A stretch of DNA of 63,524 nt, filler included, from Craspedostauros australis (GCA_030167865.1; 11 parts of 11 records of this genome joined end to end with filler, not necessarily neighbours in it); one strand, 5' to 3'; shown: positions 25,440 through 38,400, numbered from the whole stretch's first letter. A program made the numbers and translations. The notes: a model not told the origin generated them from the letters alone.

Positions 25440-26145
25440 ACCTACTGGGAACCGAGCCAAGCAGAGCAGTGCGGCTGCTAGCCATGGCACACATCATGCC
25501 ACATGTCAAGGCCACGGTTCCTCCAGAGCAGCTAGTATGGCTGTGCTGTGCACCATCTGCATCCAACATCCTGCAGCGCAACCCCACGCCCGGCACGCTT
25601 CACCTGATCCACTGTGAGAGCAGCTGGCGCCATCACGCATTACGCCTGTGCATACATTATACATCTGCTGGCATACATGAGTGTATGCAACCACACGGCA
25701 AGGCAACACCTGCCAACAATATCCGTTCCTGCTGCATGTCTCCTGTGGAATAAACGAGGCGGTACAAAAGCGCCTTTGGCACATAGTTAAAGACTATCGT
25801 CTATATGGTAAAACAACAACAACAGAACAAGAACTGTACATTGCATGCATGGAGAGGAAGAGAAAATCAGGTTGCAATGTCAGCGTAGTAGGTTGGTCTG
25901 CCATTAGTCGGTACAGGGAGGGTCGTGGTAAAGTGTGCAGGTGAGTCACAGACGAAGTCGCAATGACCAATGCACTTGTCCCAGACCCAAAGCAAGTCAC
26001 AAATACACGAGGAAAGCAACAGCGAAACCTGTGAAATGGCTGATTCCAACGAACAGCAGGAAAATCTGGAAAATAGCAATAATGGACCCACTTTCTATTC
26101 TTTCTGAGTCGCATTTACAAAAAACGCCGTTTTCCCTTCCCCTCC
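25440..26145 (-). mobile_element. Terminal part of a DNA transposon: decayed Cys-rich ORF plus terminus; homologous to 33560-34237
   Basis: Collinear similarity to the 33.5-34.2 kb region, including 32 identical bp (26079-26110 = 34171-34202). Similarity ends at TTTCCCTTCCCC(T/C)CC. Confidence 0.7.
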
Positions 26146-26477
26146 TCAGAGCTGCGTGCAGTTTTAGTGCAGCGCAATGTGTAACGACACGAAACGACCA
26201 CAACAGCCATTTATGGCTGTTGTGAGCCAATGACCGTACGACCACGGCAGGATTTTGAAAAAATGGGCTCCTATGGAGACTAAAATTTAACCGTATATAC
26301 TTTAACACATTGGTAATAAGGATCAGGTGCTAGACAGTGAGTCCAGCCTTTGGTTATAAAGTTATGATGGCGTCAGCNNNNNNNNNNNNNNNNNNNNNNN
26401 NNNNNNNNNNNNNNNNNNNNNTTAATTAATTAANNNNNNNNNNNNNNNNNNNNNNNNNNNNNNNNNNNNNNNNNNNN

Positions 26478-29032
26478 TCATCCACGAGGTGGATCCAAGA
26501 CGCGAAGTGAGCTACGAATGCTGCTTCAACGCAAACAACCTGATCGGTTCATACGGCGACGAAGCTGAGATGGACAACGAGGCCAACGATAGCGACATCG
26601 AAGAGGCCATGAGCGATGACGACGACGACGCCGACGAGGACGGCGCAGATGAAGACGACGAGGTGAACCGCGACGAGTTGCCTCCTCCTCAAGCTGGGAG
26701 ATACGAGAGAACGGGGACCTTCATTAATCGAGGCCAAGGCGAAACGAACCGCAGCGCGGCGCCGCCTCCTCCAGCGGCGGGGAACAACAGATCGGGCATC
26801 TTCGACGAGGATGACAGCAACGAATCCGAGGACAGCAATCGTCCAGACGACAGCTTCAATCCAAACGAGCGTGTTGTCTACCCAGGGAACATCGACTTCC
26901 CAGATATTGAGGATCCCAACAGCGTCGATTACCTCCTCCGTCACAGCACCATCCCGAATGCAACAGCAACAGCATTGATAATCCAAAGCAGCTCATCTTT
27001 GACGCCGTAATGGAAGCGGAGATGCGACTGTTCGCAGGGACTGCATGAGGAGTGCTCAGACCAATATGGGTAAACATGATGGGATCCATCCTATCCGAGA
27101 ACTTCGAATCAATCGAAGAGATCCTTGTCAATGCGATCATCATCAACCGCATACTGGAAGCGAACAACTCGGAAACGATCCCAGAGACGGATCTGCATTA
27201 CATCCTTGGAGGATGCATGCGCGTGCTCTTACGCGAGCGATCACGCGTCCACCCATACGATCCAGCCACAGGATCACACCGAAGCAACACGATTCCATCG
27301 GACTATGCACAACTACCCGATGACATGGACGATGAGGAGCACCGCAATCCATACAACGAAGATGGAGTCCACGAAGACGACGATGACGGCAGCCTCAACG
27401 ACGAGATAGCTGCGGCAGCCGTGGAGCAGCTCCACGAGCTGAGCACCAGATACAAGGACAAGGTCAACAAGGACACCTNNNNNNNNNNNNNNNNNNNNNN
27501 NNNNNNNNNNNNNNNNNNNNNNNNNNNNGGACGACAGCTTCAATCCAAACGAGTGTGTCATCTACCCAGGGAACATCGACTTCCCACCTATTGAGGATCC
27601 CAACAGCGTCGATTACCTCCTCCGCCACAGCACCATCCCGAATGCAACAGCAACAGCATTGATAATCCAAAAGCAGCTCATCTTTGACGCCGTAATGGAA
27701 GCGGGGATGCGAATGTTCCCAGGAACAACACGAGGAGCACTCATGCCAATATGGGTGAACGTGATGGGATCCATCCTATCCGAGCACTTCGAATCAATCG
27801 AAGAGATCCTCGTCAATGCGATCATCATCAACCGCATACTGGAAGCGAACAACTCGGAAACGATCCCNGAGACGGATCTGCATTACATCCTTGGAGGATG
27901 CATGCGCGTGCTCTTACGCGAGCGATCACGCGTCCACCCATACGATCCAGCCACAGGATCACATCGGAACAGCACGGTTCCATCAGACTACGCGCAACTA
28001 CCCGACGACATGGACGATGAGGAGCACCGCAATCCATACAACGAAGATGGAGTCCACGAAGACGACGACGACGGCAGCTTCAACAACGAGATAGCTGCAG
28101 CAGCCGTGGAGCAGCTCCACGAGCTAAGCACCAGATACAAGGACAAGGTCAACAAGGACACCTGGCTCGCCGACAGCGGAGCTTCGTGTCACATCATCAA
28201 CTCGGACGCCGCTCTATTCAACGTGCGGCATATCAAGTCCTTCGTCCAAGTGGGAGACAGCACGAAACTGGACTCTCCCAAGATGGGATCCATTCGCTTG
28301 AAGGTCAAGCAACAAGACAACACTGGCCACATCATCCGGCTCGATGATGTGAAGTACACACCNAANATGGCGGTGAACCTTTTCTCCACGAACAAGGCTC
28401 TGTACAACGGTTANCAGCTTGGTAACAANNGCATTCTGATGGACATCATCAACGGATCCGGAATGAAGATCGTATTCGATCGAGTCTTCCCCACATCCAA
28501 CGGATTCATCACGGGAGTGCAGATGCATCCCATCATGCCAACAGACGATGACAAGGCTTGCACAGCCATCGTCAAGAATCCATCCAAGGAGATCAACGCG
28601 GTGAACCTGCACCGAATGCTAGGCCACGCGCCACTCGAGACCATGAAGCGGACGGTCGCTCAGTATGGATGGAAGATAATCGGCGAGATGCCGGTATGTC
28701 GCGACTGCGCGGTCGCGAACGCAAGAGTGAAGAACATCCCGAAGGCAACCATTCCAAGAGCGACTCGCCGNNNNNNNNNNNNNNNNNNNNNNNNNNNNNN
28801 NNNNNNNNNNNNNNNNNNNNNNNNNNNNNNNNNNNNNNNNNNNNNNGTGGACGACTGCACGGATCACTGCTGGAGTTTCTTTCTCAAGAACAAAAGTGAT
28901 CAACCAGGATACATCAAACGGTTCGTTCAAACGATCAAGTCACAGACTGGTGACCAATAGATCATCTTCAGAGGTGACAACAGCGGAGAGAACAAATCCA
29001 CGCAGGATATTCTCATCGATGCAGGACTCAAC
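26478..29032 (+). mobile_element. Ty1/copia (CoDi-like) polyprotein fragment: acidic linker, extra domain, protease, GAG-pre-integrase, integrase start
   Basis: WLADSGASCH, LHRMLGHA...CRDC and VDDCTDHCWSFFLKNKSD. Internal duplication of about 26846-27478 / 27530-28160 across a gap; the first copy has a frameshift and a stop. Confidence 0.92.
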
Positions 29033-29132
29033 NNNNNNNNNNNNNNNNNNNNNNNNNNNNNNNNNNNNNNNNNNNNTTAATTAATTAANNNNNNNNNNNN
29101 NNNNNNNNNNNNNNNNNNNNNNNNNNNNNNNN

Positions 29133-29349
29133 CGTGTGATTCGCATTCCTGCATTGGAGTCATGAACGTCAGGGCATGGTTCGCATTCGGCACGTGTCGT
29201 TCTCCACCGCGAGTTACGTGCAGCTCACATTTTTCTGTGTCACAATGATCAAACGTGGGAGTTGCGGTAATGTAGAATATCCCGACGTTCGGCTCCTTAC
29301 TCTTGGGAGGTGCGGCAATATGGTGTTTCAGAACACCCGATTCCTGACA
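29133..29349 (+). mobile_element. End of LTR-like family B abutting a gag fragment
   Basis: Inverted homologue of 31933-32147; ends CCGATTCCTGACA. Confidence 0.6.
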
Positions 29350-30767
29350 TGAGCAAGACGGGACTCTTAACCATGGCGTACATCGCAGATGACGCCACAA
29401 CCCCAACAATGGTATGTGTCCTCGACTCACCTGCCTCCTTCACCCTTGAAGACTCAACGAGGTATTTCGAAGAGTACCACAAGAAGTGGGACAACTACAA
29501 CGTCCAAAACAACTGGGCAGCCGCCGCGTTCTTCCGCGACAGCCTTGACCCAGCTCTCGAAGATCAGCTCATGAACCGAATCGAAGAGAAGTACCACAAC
29601 CACTTCCTAACCCTCTTCATCGAGTTCATGAACAGCATCACCGCCAACTCGTTGGACAAGCAAGACAAGATCGCCAAGGATATCCGTCAAGTCGACTGCT
29701 CTCAATTCGCTGGTGAGAACGTCGGCGACATGGCTGTCAAGCTTCGCGCCCTCTGCAAGATCCTCGATGACGCTGGTCGCTTCGACCTCCATCTGCTCCG
29801 CAACATCCGCGACGCCTTTCTTCAGGCAGGCGGCAAGTTCCTCTTTGGTGAGCAATACCGACGTCCCCTTTATGTGATGAAGGATGACCTTGAAGAAATC
29901 CTCAAGCGTCTTCCCGTATTCACGTACCAAGAAGCTCTTCCAAAGCTCGCAGCCAAGGACCTTACCTGGATGGCAATCTGCAACAAAGCGCAGTCTTCGT
30001 ATGACAACGAAGTACGTGGAGATCGTTGGCACGCCATTAGACGTGTCAAGGACCGCAACGTCCCTAGACAATCGTACTTCAACAACGTAGCCAAGCATCC
30101 AAAAGCCAACATCCTTGAGCAACACAAGGGTTTCGGAAGAAACAACGCGAAGAAGAAGAATCAACCAAGGAAGTCCGCCAACAACAACAATCGAAAACCG
30201 AACCAAGGATGAGCATCCACGCCACCCAAAGCGGGTGAACCACAGCGCAAGCTTGTCTACAACAAGACGTTCATGTGGTGCGCGAAGTGTCGTCGTTGGC
30301 GCCTTTCGCATAACACCGAGAGTCATCAGGACAACTTCAAGCCGAAAGGCAAAGGCAACAACAACGTCAAACCTGATCACCTCGTCGTCGACATGGCCGC
30401 TTGGACCTGCTTCACAGCTGCCACCAGCCAAGACGAAAAGGAATGGTGGTCGTTTGTGTGGAACCTCTTCACCTCCTTCAACTACCTCAGCTGTGTGGTC
30501 GGATCAATCCTTTCTTTCGTAATCTTCCAAGTCTACACTCTTGGAGTTGAGCACAGGTGGTACGTCACAGCTACTAATGCCTGGATGATATTCGCCATCA
30601 CGCTGCTCCTCCTTCACTCAAACGTTGCACGAAGACGCAGCCCCATCAGAGCTGTCGACACCATCCAAACAATGACTCGAACCAAGTCCAAGAGCAACAT
30701 CCACTGTCCCGTCTACTTCAATGAACCTGTGAGGCGCACCCTCTACGATGTGATGACAGAACAGTAA
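29350..30767 (+). pseudogene. Diatom copia-type gag fragment with one premature stop
   Basis: ORFs 29310-30212 and 30273-30767 share a frame across TGA 30210-30212, reading QG*ASTPPKAGEPQRKLVYNKTFMWCAKCRRWRLSHNTESH (CoDi Gag W..PPK.GEP...WCxxC..H..H zinc motif). Confidence 0.75.
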
Positions 30768-31074
30768 GACAACTGATCCTGTACCAATGCGAGCTCTCAA
30801 TACTAGTCCGCCACAGAATGCGCAATCAAAACGTCGCCCTGCTCGGACCAAAACTCGCAAGCACAACCAAAAACGTCACCATTGGAACAAGCCCAAAACA
30901 CCGTTGGAGTACTCCAAATATGGCGCGAAACAAAACAATTCGCAAAATCCAATCACGCGTACACGAAGCCGCACATCAACCCTCTCACGAAATCTCTGGA
31001 ACATCTACCCCACGCTCGGCATTGACTTGGCGTGCGGCAAAAGTCAAACTCAACCCAGTGATACTGATGCTCCT

Positions 31075-31867
31075 TGTTGGCAAGTTCCGCTCACGGTAAC
31101 CTACGATTGTGGAAGATGGTGTTGGTTGATAGTCATTCGTTTGCTATTTCATTAGTTGGCTACTCTGATCCTCTTGGTGTACACCAGTTCTCTTGCCCGA
31201 TGCTCTCGGCGCTTCAATCTGTTTCGTAGATTCAGTCTCCGACTATGAGTCGGTGCGCAAGATGCTCTCTCGCTTCTCTCTGTATTCTCTCTCTCTCAAT
31301 ATCGTGTGCTCATGCTACATGATACTCTGTGTTCGATGCGTGCTCCGCATTCGACACTCCGTTCATTCACTACTGGTTCCTACTCCATGAGTACTTACCA
31401 TTTGAAGTTCATCTCCCGTATCCATGATCCTGATGCCCTTCGGTCATTGTATCTTCGCCTCCTGCTCTGACTTGGAGACAGATGTCAACATGGTGACACG
31501 ATGACATCCTGTCGACGTCAGTAGGCATCCTTCTGCTCTCCAGATGTCACGTTCCATTGGTGATGCAGCAGTCTGTCAGATGATATNNNNNNNNNNNNNN
31601 NNNNNNNNNNNNNNNNNGAGATTCTCTTGGTACCATTGATGGATGGACGGACGATCTTTCAATTCTCTCAGAAATCGTCGATTGCAAATTTCCTCCAGAA
31701 ATCTTGCTCCTTTTCGTGTGTACAATTTCCACTGTAATTCTGACGAATCACATCATACTATTGACACGAATGTAGTTATACCGTCCAAGTGCGTATGAGA
31801 GAATAACGGGTGAACGATGCACATATACTCGTACATATCGACATATAATCACATGTAAATCTCGACA
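31075..31867. mobile_element. LTR-like element family A, copy 1 (TGTTGG...TCTCGACA, about 790 bp)
   Basis: Homology to 56904-57712 begins exactly at TGTTGG and ends at TCTCGACA; short imperfect terminal inverted repeat. Confidence 0.75.
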
Positions 31868-31932
31868 TAAGCCTTGGTAGAGCTGCCTTGCAGCGCCACA
31901 TGTACCCACCCTGTGAAAGCTCGCTCAGCATC

Positions 31933-32440
31933 TGTCAGGAATCGGATGTTGTGAAACACCGAATTGCCGCACCTCCCAAAAGTGCGGAGTTGAGCATTGT
32001 GAAATGCTACATTACCGCAACACCCACCTGTGGATCTCTGTGACAGAAAATGTGAGCTACACGCGTCTTGTGGTGGAGAACACCACGTACCGAATGCGAA
32101 CCGGACTATGGTGTCCGTGACCTCAATGCAGGAATACCAATCACACGTGTATGTCGCAGGGGGCAGGGATGTTGGAATCGTAACCAACATCACGACACGA
32201 GCGACTACGGCCCCCATGTCGCAACCAATGAGAAAAGAGTACTGGAGGAAGGCCAATGTCACAAAGTGTGAGATGGCCTGTGAACGAACCTGAGATGAGG
32301 AACATCCAGGAAGCCGGTGAAGTGATCGGCGAAGAAACAATCAGAAACGACAGGAGAAGCATCGGAGAAGATCGGAGATGATCGGAGATGTTTGATGGTC
32401 GAGGAGCTGAATGAGCTCCCAACCAAGGTGCTCCTGTGAC
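31933..32440 (-). mobile_element. LTR-like family B copy in reverse orientation; distal boundary uncertain
   Basis: The reverse complement of 31933-32147 aligns with 29133-29349. Candidate other end is GTCACAGGAGCAC at 32440. Confidence 0.5.
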
Positions 32441-33559
32441 GAATGGGAGATCGTGATCTGATCGAATGAACCGATCTGTGTGATGCCTACGACTCGGCGA
32501 TGTCTATGCAAACGAAACTATTGGTAGAGGGCAGGAGATGGAATATCTGAGATGCATGATGAGATGCATGATGAGATGAACCAATACTGCAAGATGAGAT
32601 GTACCTGGAGTACATGCTGCATGACATGATGAAACAGGAGGACAGCACTGCATGAGCAAGGGCAAGACTGTGTGCTACTGTGGATTATGTATGCTTTGGC
32701 AAATGGAATTGATAGTGATGAAGATGTTGTACTCACAGTTCCAACAATGCAATAACTTGAATAGGAAACCAGAGACTACTACTAGAGACTGGGGCACCCC
32801 GGATTTCCTATCAGCACACTGCTATACACACCTAAACTAGAACGTGGATGTACCACCAATCCTTCCTTCCTCCTATGACGTCATTGTGTCCATGTGTGCA
32901 TCAGTGCACTTCTGTGAACATTGTACCGCAGTTGTATTTTACCGCAACTCCCGAAACCGAAACTAACACCACATCAACATGGACCAAGCCCAAGAAACAA
33001 ACATGAGATACTTGAATCAAGATGATGATACCATATCCAGTATGGTTATCTCTATATACAAGGCATGGGAGTTACACCAGTGAATCCCATACTCCCTTAC
33101 AATTGGCATGATTGACGAGAAGAGGGCCTGTCACAATTCACTGTCATGCCGATGGTATCCCAGTGAAAAAGAAGAACCCAGAAGGACAGACTTCGCCACC
33201 AAAACCCATGAACACGCTTCGATACATTTTCGCCACATGTTCATCGGAACAAATCCACCTCGTGCTTTCCTACTCACATCAACAATCCATCATTCTCCAT
33301 TTCCATCACATTCATCACGAGCAAACCGCGTACATCACGCTCAAATCAATCACAAGTTACAAATCATCCATCATCATCTCACAATACTCACCCACTCCAT
33401 ACTCAGAGACAACAATCATATACAACACTAACATTATAACACAACACAAACACAACAACAACCCACCTCACCCTTCTACTTTGATTTGATCACCCAAAAC
33501 GAAGCTGTGTGGTAACTATCCCAACTAACTGAATTGAAATCTAACATTTCCAACAAGCA

Positions 33560-34237
33560 TCTACAAGGAACCGGGCCAACTCTAGCAGAGTGGCTGCTAG
33601 CTGTGACACATGACAAGCCGCATACTGGGGCCACAGTTTCTCCAGAGCATTCAACATGGCTGCGCCGTACACCATGTACACCCAACATCCTCCGGCGTGA
33701 CCGCACACCTGGCATGCCTCACATGAGTCACTGCAATTGCAGTTGGTGCCACCACTTGCGTCTCCTGTGTGTACATTACATATGCGGTGGCATACACAAT
33801 TGTATGCAACCACATGGCAAGGCAAGACCTGCCAACACTATCCGTTCCCACTCAATGACTTGTGTGGAATAAATGAGATGGTACGAAAGCAGGTACAGCA
33901 CATGGTTATGGATTATAGTCTATATAGCACAACAACAACAGAAACAGAACTGTACACAGCATGCATGGGGAGGAAGAGAGTAACAACTTGCATTGTTGGC
34001 ATGGTAGATTGGTGGGGCATCAGTTGTTCTGGAGGCCAAGTGTGTGCGAGCTTCGAACGAAGTTGGTTTGGCCAAAGACGAAAGAAAGTTGCAGGCCGAC
34101 GAGGAAACAAACAGCGAATCTTGTGAAATGGCTGACTCCAACGAAGCGCCAGAAAAATTCAAAAAGAGTGATAATGGACCCACTTTCTATTCTTTCTGAG
34201 TCCAAATGTGACAAAACCGTGATTTCCCTTCCCCCCC
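33560..34237 (-). mobile_element. Second, diverged copy of the DNA-transposon end and Cys-rich ORF seen at 25440-26145
   Basis: Shared peptide GRxCLAxWLHTxxYA...DVGCxWCTAQP and the shared 32-bp subterminal block. Confidence 0.7.
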
Positions 34238-35122
34238 TGATGACGATTTTGCGACTTTGCGTTCTTCTTCGCAAATCCGAGAATCGCAGATGACCAATTG
34301 TTCGTCGACGTCCGCACGACGTACGCAAAATCGTGCAAGTAGATGCAACCACACAGCAACATGAGCAGATGGACACACTATGCGCTTGACATGTATCGCT
34401 GTACCCACTGGCAACAAGCAGAGCGGAGGAGTCTATGCATCTACTATACTCGCATAGTATAATAGGTACATACCATAGCTATGATACCTTAGACTATGAA
34501 TAGCTTCCAATGTGCCCGAGTTACTTTGGTGTACTACCCTATTCCCTACTCTTTAGTTTGCCGAACGTGTAGAACTCACGGAAGGAACATCGCAGTCCAT
34601 ATCTGCCTTCCGTTGGAGCAGCAACGCTTTCTGCTTTATCCGCATCGCTGTGATTGAAGTAAAGTAGTTCGGAGCACAGAGGGGAGGACGTCGCAAAAGC
34701 ACTGATGTTAGCAAAAGAAAGTGTCCCCTCATTCTATACTGACCAAAAGACGGACGATCATTTGACCAGCTCAAACAGATGGACCGACGCATGAAACGCA
34801 TCGGATACTCTTGCAAGGAAAATATTAGGAGACGTCAAGGATACTGCCGATCCATGAGTCGCTGCATCTTGCATAAACACCGCGCACCATTGGTGCGAAT
34901 AGTGCGTCGATGTACGAGAAGGGAACGAAGAGTAGTGGAAAGGACAAACGAATCTTGCCGAAGCAAACAGATAGAGCATAACACTGATACATCCACGACA
35001 CACTGGAGAACAACGAGCACAACAAGCCACGTCCACTCGCATCGACCGGACATACCTGTGCATCCTCCAGAGTAGCGTGCTCGCAACCGCTCTCATCAAG
35101 ATACAGTCGCACTCCAAACACT

Positions 35123-38100
35123 CTAATCGATACCGTACACTCGCTTCTTGAGCGCGCTTGGGAAGGTCGCCACGACATCCAGCCACGGCTGTTCGACGAT
35201 CACCATCTCGTTGACATCGAGAAAGTCGAGGAACAGCATGCTCGTGTAGCTAAGGCACAATGTGCAACCCTTCTGCGATTCTTGTCATCGCCTCGACCTG
35301 CTTCTTCTTGCGGTCTCCAAGATCGTTCGTGTTGATGAAAGCGTTCTGGTCATCGTCGTCACCATCTTGCTTCTTCTAGTTCTTCCTTCGCATATGCGCT
35401 TGCGGGAAGACTCTGCAGTGCTCTGGCAGCTCCTGAGTCCAATCGATGACACAGAACATCCCAAACGATCCCTGATGGTTATCAAAGTTCCGAAGAGACA
35501 AACGCAGAGTACAATAGAGTGTGGGTATCATCGTGCATGGTGTGTATACGTATATGTACATCCACATTGACAAAATCACGTGAGATGGGCGGGAATGCAG
35601 ACACAAGTGCACAAAACAGAATCAACGAGAGCCCCAAGCAGGACAGTGTCGCATTTTTGTCCGCTGGAATGTGGAACATGTCCCTCCTTACTATACCACA
35701 TCGATGATCGTGAAGCAATTCTCGACACGGGCGAAATGGAGGGGTGAATGCTGATGTTGCAAGTTCGACAAGCCACCAAGATGTGGAAGGTTCATCGTGA
35801 TGCAATTGCGATCGTGCGAGTGGAGAACAGAGGAATGCCGATCCTGATCCGTGCATACGTACCATGATCAGCTTATCACTGGAGCCAGGGTTGGCGGTCA
35901 TGCGAACATGGAGCGCCCTCTTGCTCTGCAGCTCCCGAGGCACCATCGGCAATGGATATCCTTGTTGCTTGCTCCATGACGAGAACTTCTTGCTCTCTAT
36001 GTCGAAAACGTACGCTTCCGACGCAGGGTTGGCGACTGCAACCATGGGCTTGTCGTTGCTACGCAAGAAGGTCAATGCGCTGGTTCGGCCATTCACAGGT
36101 GGCATCGTCCAGTAGTGTCGGTACATGCCCTTGACCTTTTTGCCACCGCGCTTCAGGATCGTCGCTGCGTTCTTCGTTTGGCTGGAGAGCGTGGCGATAT
36201 AGTTCTCGTCGTCACTCACGAAGATGGAATTGCACGGGAGGGCTGGCCAAAGACGACCACTGTTGGGAACTTCGTTGTTCCCCTCGTCTTTGTGCTGTCT
36301 GGGCTGCTGTAGGACGGAGTGCGAGATGGAAGCCAGGTTGCTGATGGAGCAGCAGTGGACATTGCCCAAGGCATCCGTCGCAACGAAACGGTGGTTCTTC
36401 AGGAATTTGAGACAAGTGAGAGGTGGGAAGTTGAGAGTGTCGATGCCGTCGACCTGGTGAGGATCGATGCGCACGACGGCGCCTTCGTTGGTTTCAAGCT
36501 CCAGGCGAAAGAGGTAGACTGTGGATGCGTCGCAGACCAGGAGGTACTTTCCGTCATCGCTGATGGACGAAGACACGAGGTTGGACATGGAGTTGACCTT
36601 GGCGGAACCCACAAGCTTCGTGGCGGGGCTGTCCGTTGTGTCCGGTTCCGACTTGCGGATGGCGTAGATGTCCACGCGCTGGTTGCGCTGGATGATAAGC
36701 AAGCGCGCATCCTTCGACAATCCCTTCACTGGCGAAATGGAGGGATTGGGGTAGATGATCTTGGGACGCAACTTGAAGAACCGCTCCACAACGGCCAGGG
36801 AGAGCTTGGTGTCGACACCGCCCGTGACGAGGTACTCGACGAGATCCCCGTTGAAGTCACGAATCTGGCATGTTGTCATGGCTTTGACGTCATGCGTGTG
36901 AGGCCGTTGTGCGCCGGTCATGCGCCAGGGACCATAGTTGCCACCGACGCTGACCTGTCGCTACAGGCACATGACTTTGCTGTCCACGCCGCTGGCGAAG
37001 ATGCGGTTGCTATCGTCAGAGACGGCCAGGCACAGCACATCGGCCTGCTGTTCGTTGTGGTCGATGGGCTGCAGGAGGGTGCCGCTGACGGCATCCCAGA
37101 ACTTCACCTTACCGATGGATGTTGCGGTCACTAATGTGCCGTCGTCGAGCTGATTGATGCATCAGACACGCATGGGAGTATCGCGACCTTGCACTTCCAC
37201 TGTGATGCGGCAGGATCTCTGGATGGAGGTCGATGCCACCGTGGCACCCTCGCTGCTGTCCAAGCTGGTCTGCAGCTCCACCGCGTACTGTCGAATCGTA
37301 CTGTTGGCAACACCTGCATATAGGACGGTGTTGAGTTTTCTAAAATTGCCGGAGATGGCACTCTGCTTGCAATCGACCTTCCAGTCCATGGAGAGAATGG
37401 CGGATCCCAACGACGGCAACGTCGACACAATTCCAAGCGTCTTTCCGCTTGGTCCCGATCGGATCGCGATGATTCGGGCGGAGCCATCCTGATATCCCGC
37501 GGCAAGCAAGCTGCCGCACTCGTTGAGCTTGCTGAGGGCGAAGACACCACCTCCACCGCTGGAGATGCGGGAGCAGATCTGCGACGTTTCAAAGTCGACG
37601 ATGAACAACGATCCGTCCGCGCTGCCGCCCACCAAAGTTGGCGATGCCGATGTGCGCGCCTCCTGCATCCATTCGATCGTGGATGCGACCACGTGCTGGC
37701 TGCCGGCAACGCGGGCGATCGTCCAGCTCTTGTCCTCCATCGACTTCAACTCGACGCTGCCATCATTGCGGGCGATGGCGAGAAAGGCATGCGACGTGTC
37801 GCTGTCTTGAGCAACCTGGACGGCGCTCGTGGCAACGATCTCGTGAGGAATGAACATGAGATCCCGTATCCTGTGGACCAATGTATTCATGACTGACCCG
37901 GTCTTCTTCTTCTTCTTCTTCGATGATGATGATAATGTCGAGCCTTCGTCCGACTTGTCCTGGATGATGTGAGGATTGGGTCGACCGTTCACCTGCTTGA
38001 AGGCAGATGAGATCTTCCTTCTCTTCTGCGACCTGCGTCCCTGCTTCGATGTCACAGGCGTCAAGGGAGACAGCATAGGCTTGTTCTTGCTTGCATTGGG

Positions 38101-38400
38101 AGACTTGATCTGCTTCGTCGGTGTCTTGGCCTTCGATTTTGCAGCGGTCTTCGTGCTGGACTTCGCACTCGTTGGAGGTTTTGGCCGATTCTTTGCAGAC
38201 GGGGCCGTCGCAGGCGTCCTCGACGTCCGCTGATTGGACCCTCCATCGGTCTTCAAGGATGGTGTCGCAAACGGGTCCGTGCTCATCGCACTCTTGCTAG
38301 CACGCAACGACGAGCGCTTCCTTCGCTTGCGTTTTGTGTTTGCATCCTTCTGCGGAGTCTCCACGCTGCCACTGTTGGCATCAAGCCTGTTCGGTGGCAT
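35123..38400 (-). pseudogene. UTP4: U3 snoRNA-associated protein 4 (UTP4/cirhin, WD40), disrupted copy; intron 35862-35472
   Basis: Motifs VHRIRDLMFIPHEI...LAIARNDGSVEL, FASGVDSKV, RPHTHDVKAM, TGGVDTKL and C-terminal EMVIVEQPWLDVVATFPSALKKRVYG. In-frame stops at 37164-37162 (TGA), 36963-36961 (TAG) and 35378-35376 (TAG), plus a frameshift near 35290. The start codon is tentative. Confidence 0.85.

Noticed and set aside
30210..37164. Alternative genetic code or readthrough (TGA=Trp), suggested by TGA at likely Trp positions in gag and UTP4
   Set aside because: Other TGAs fall at likely Arg positions, TAG stops and frameshifts co-occur, TGG is used normally, and the intact P450 ends in TGA. 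Point mutation explains the pattern.
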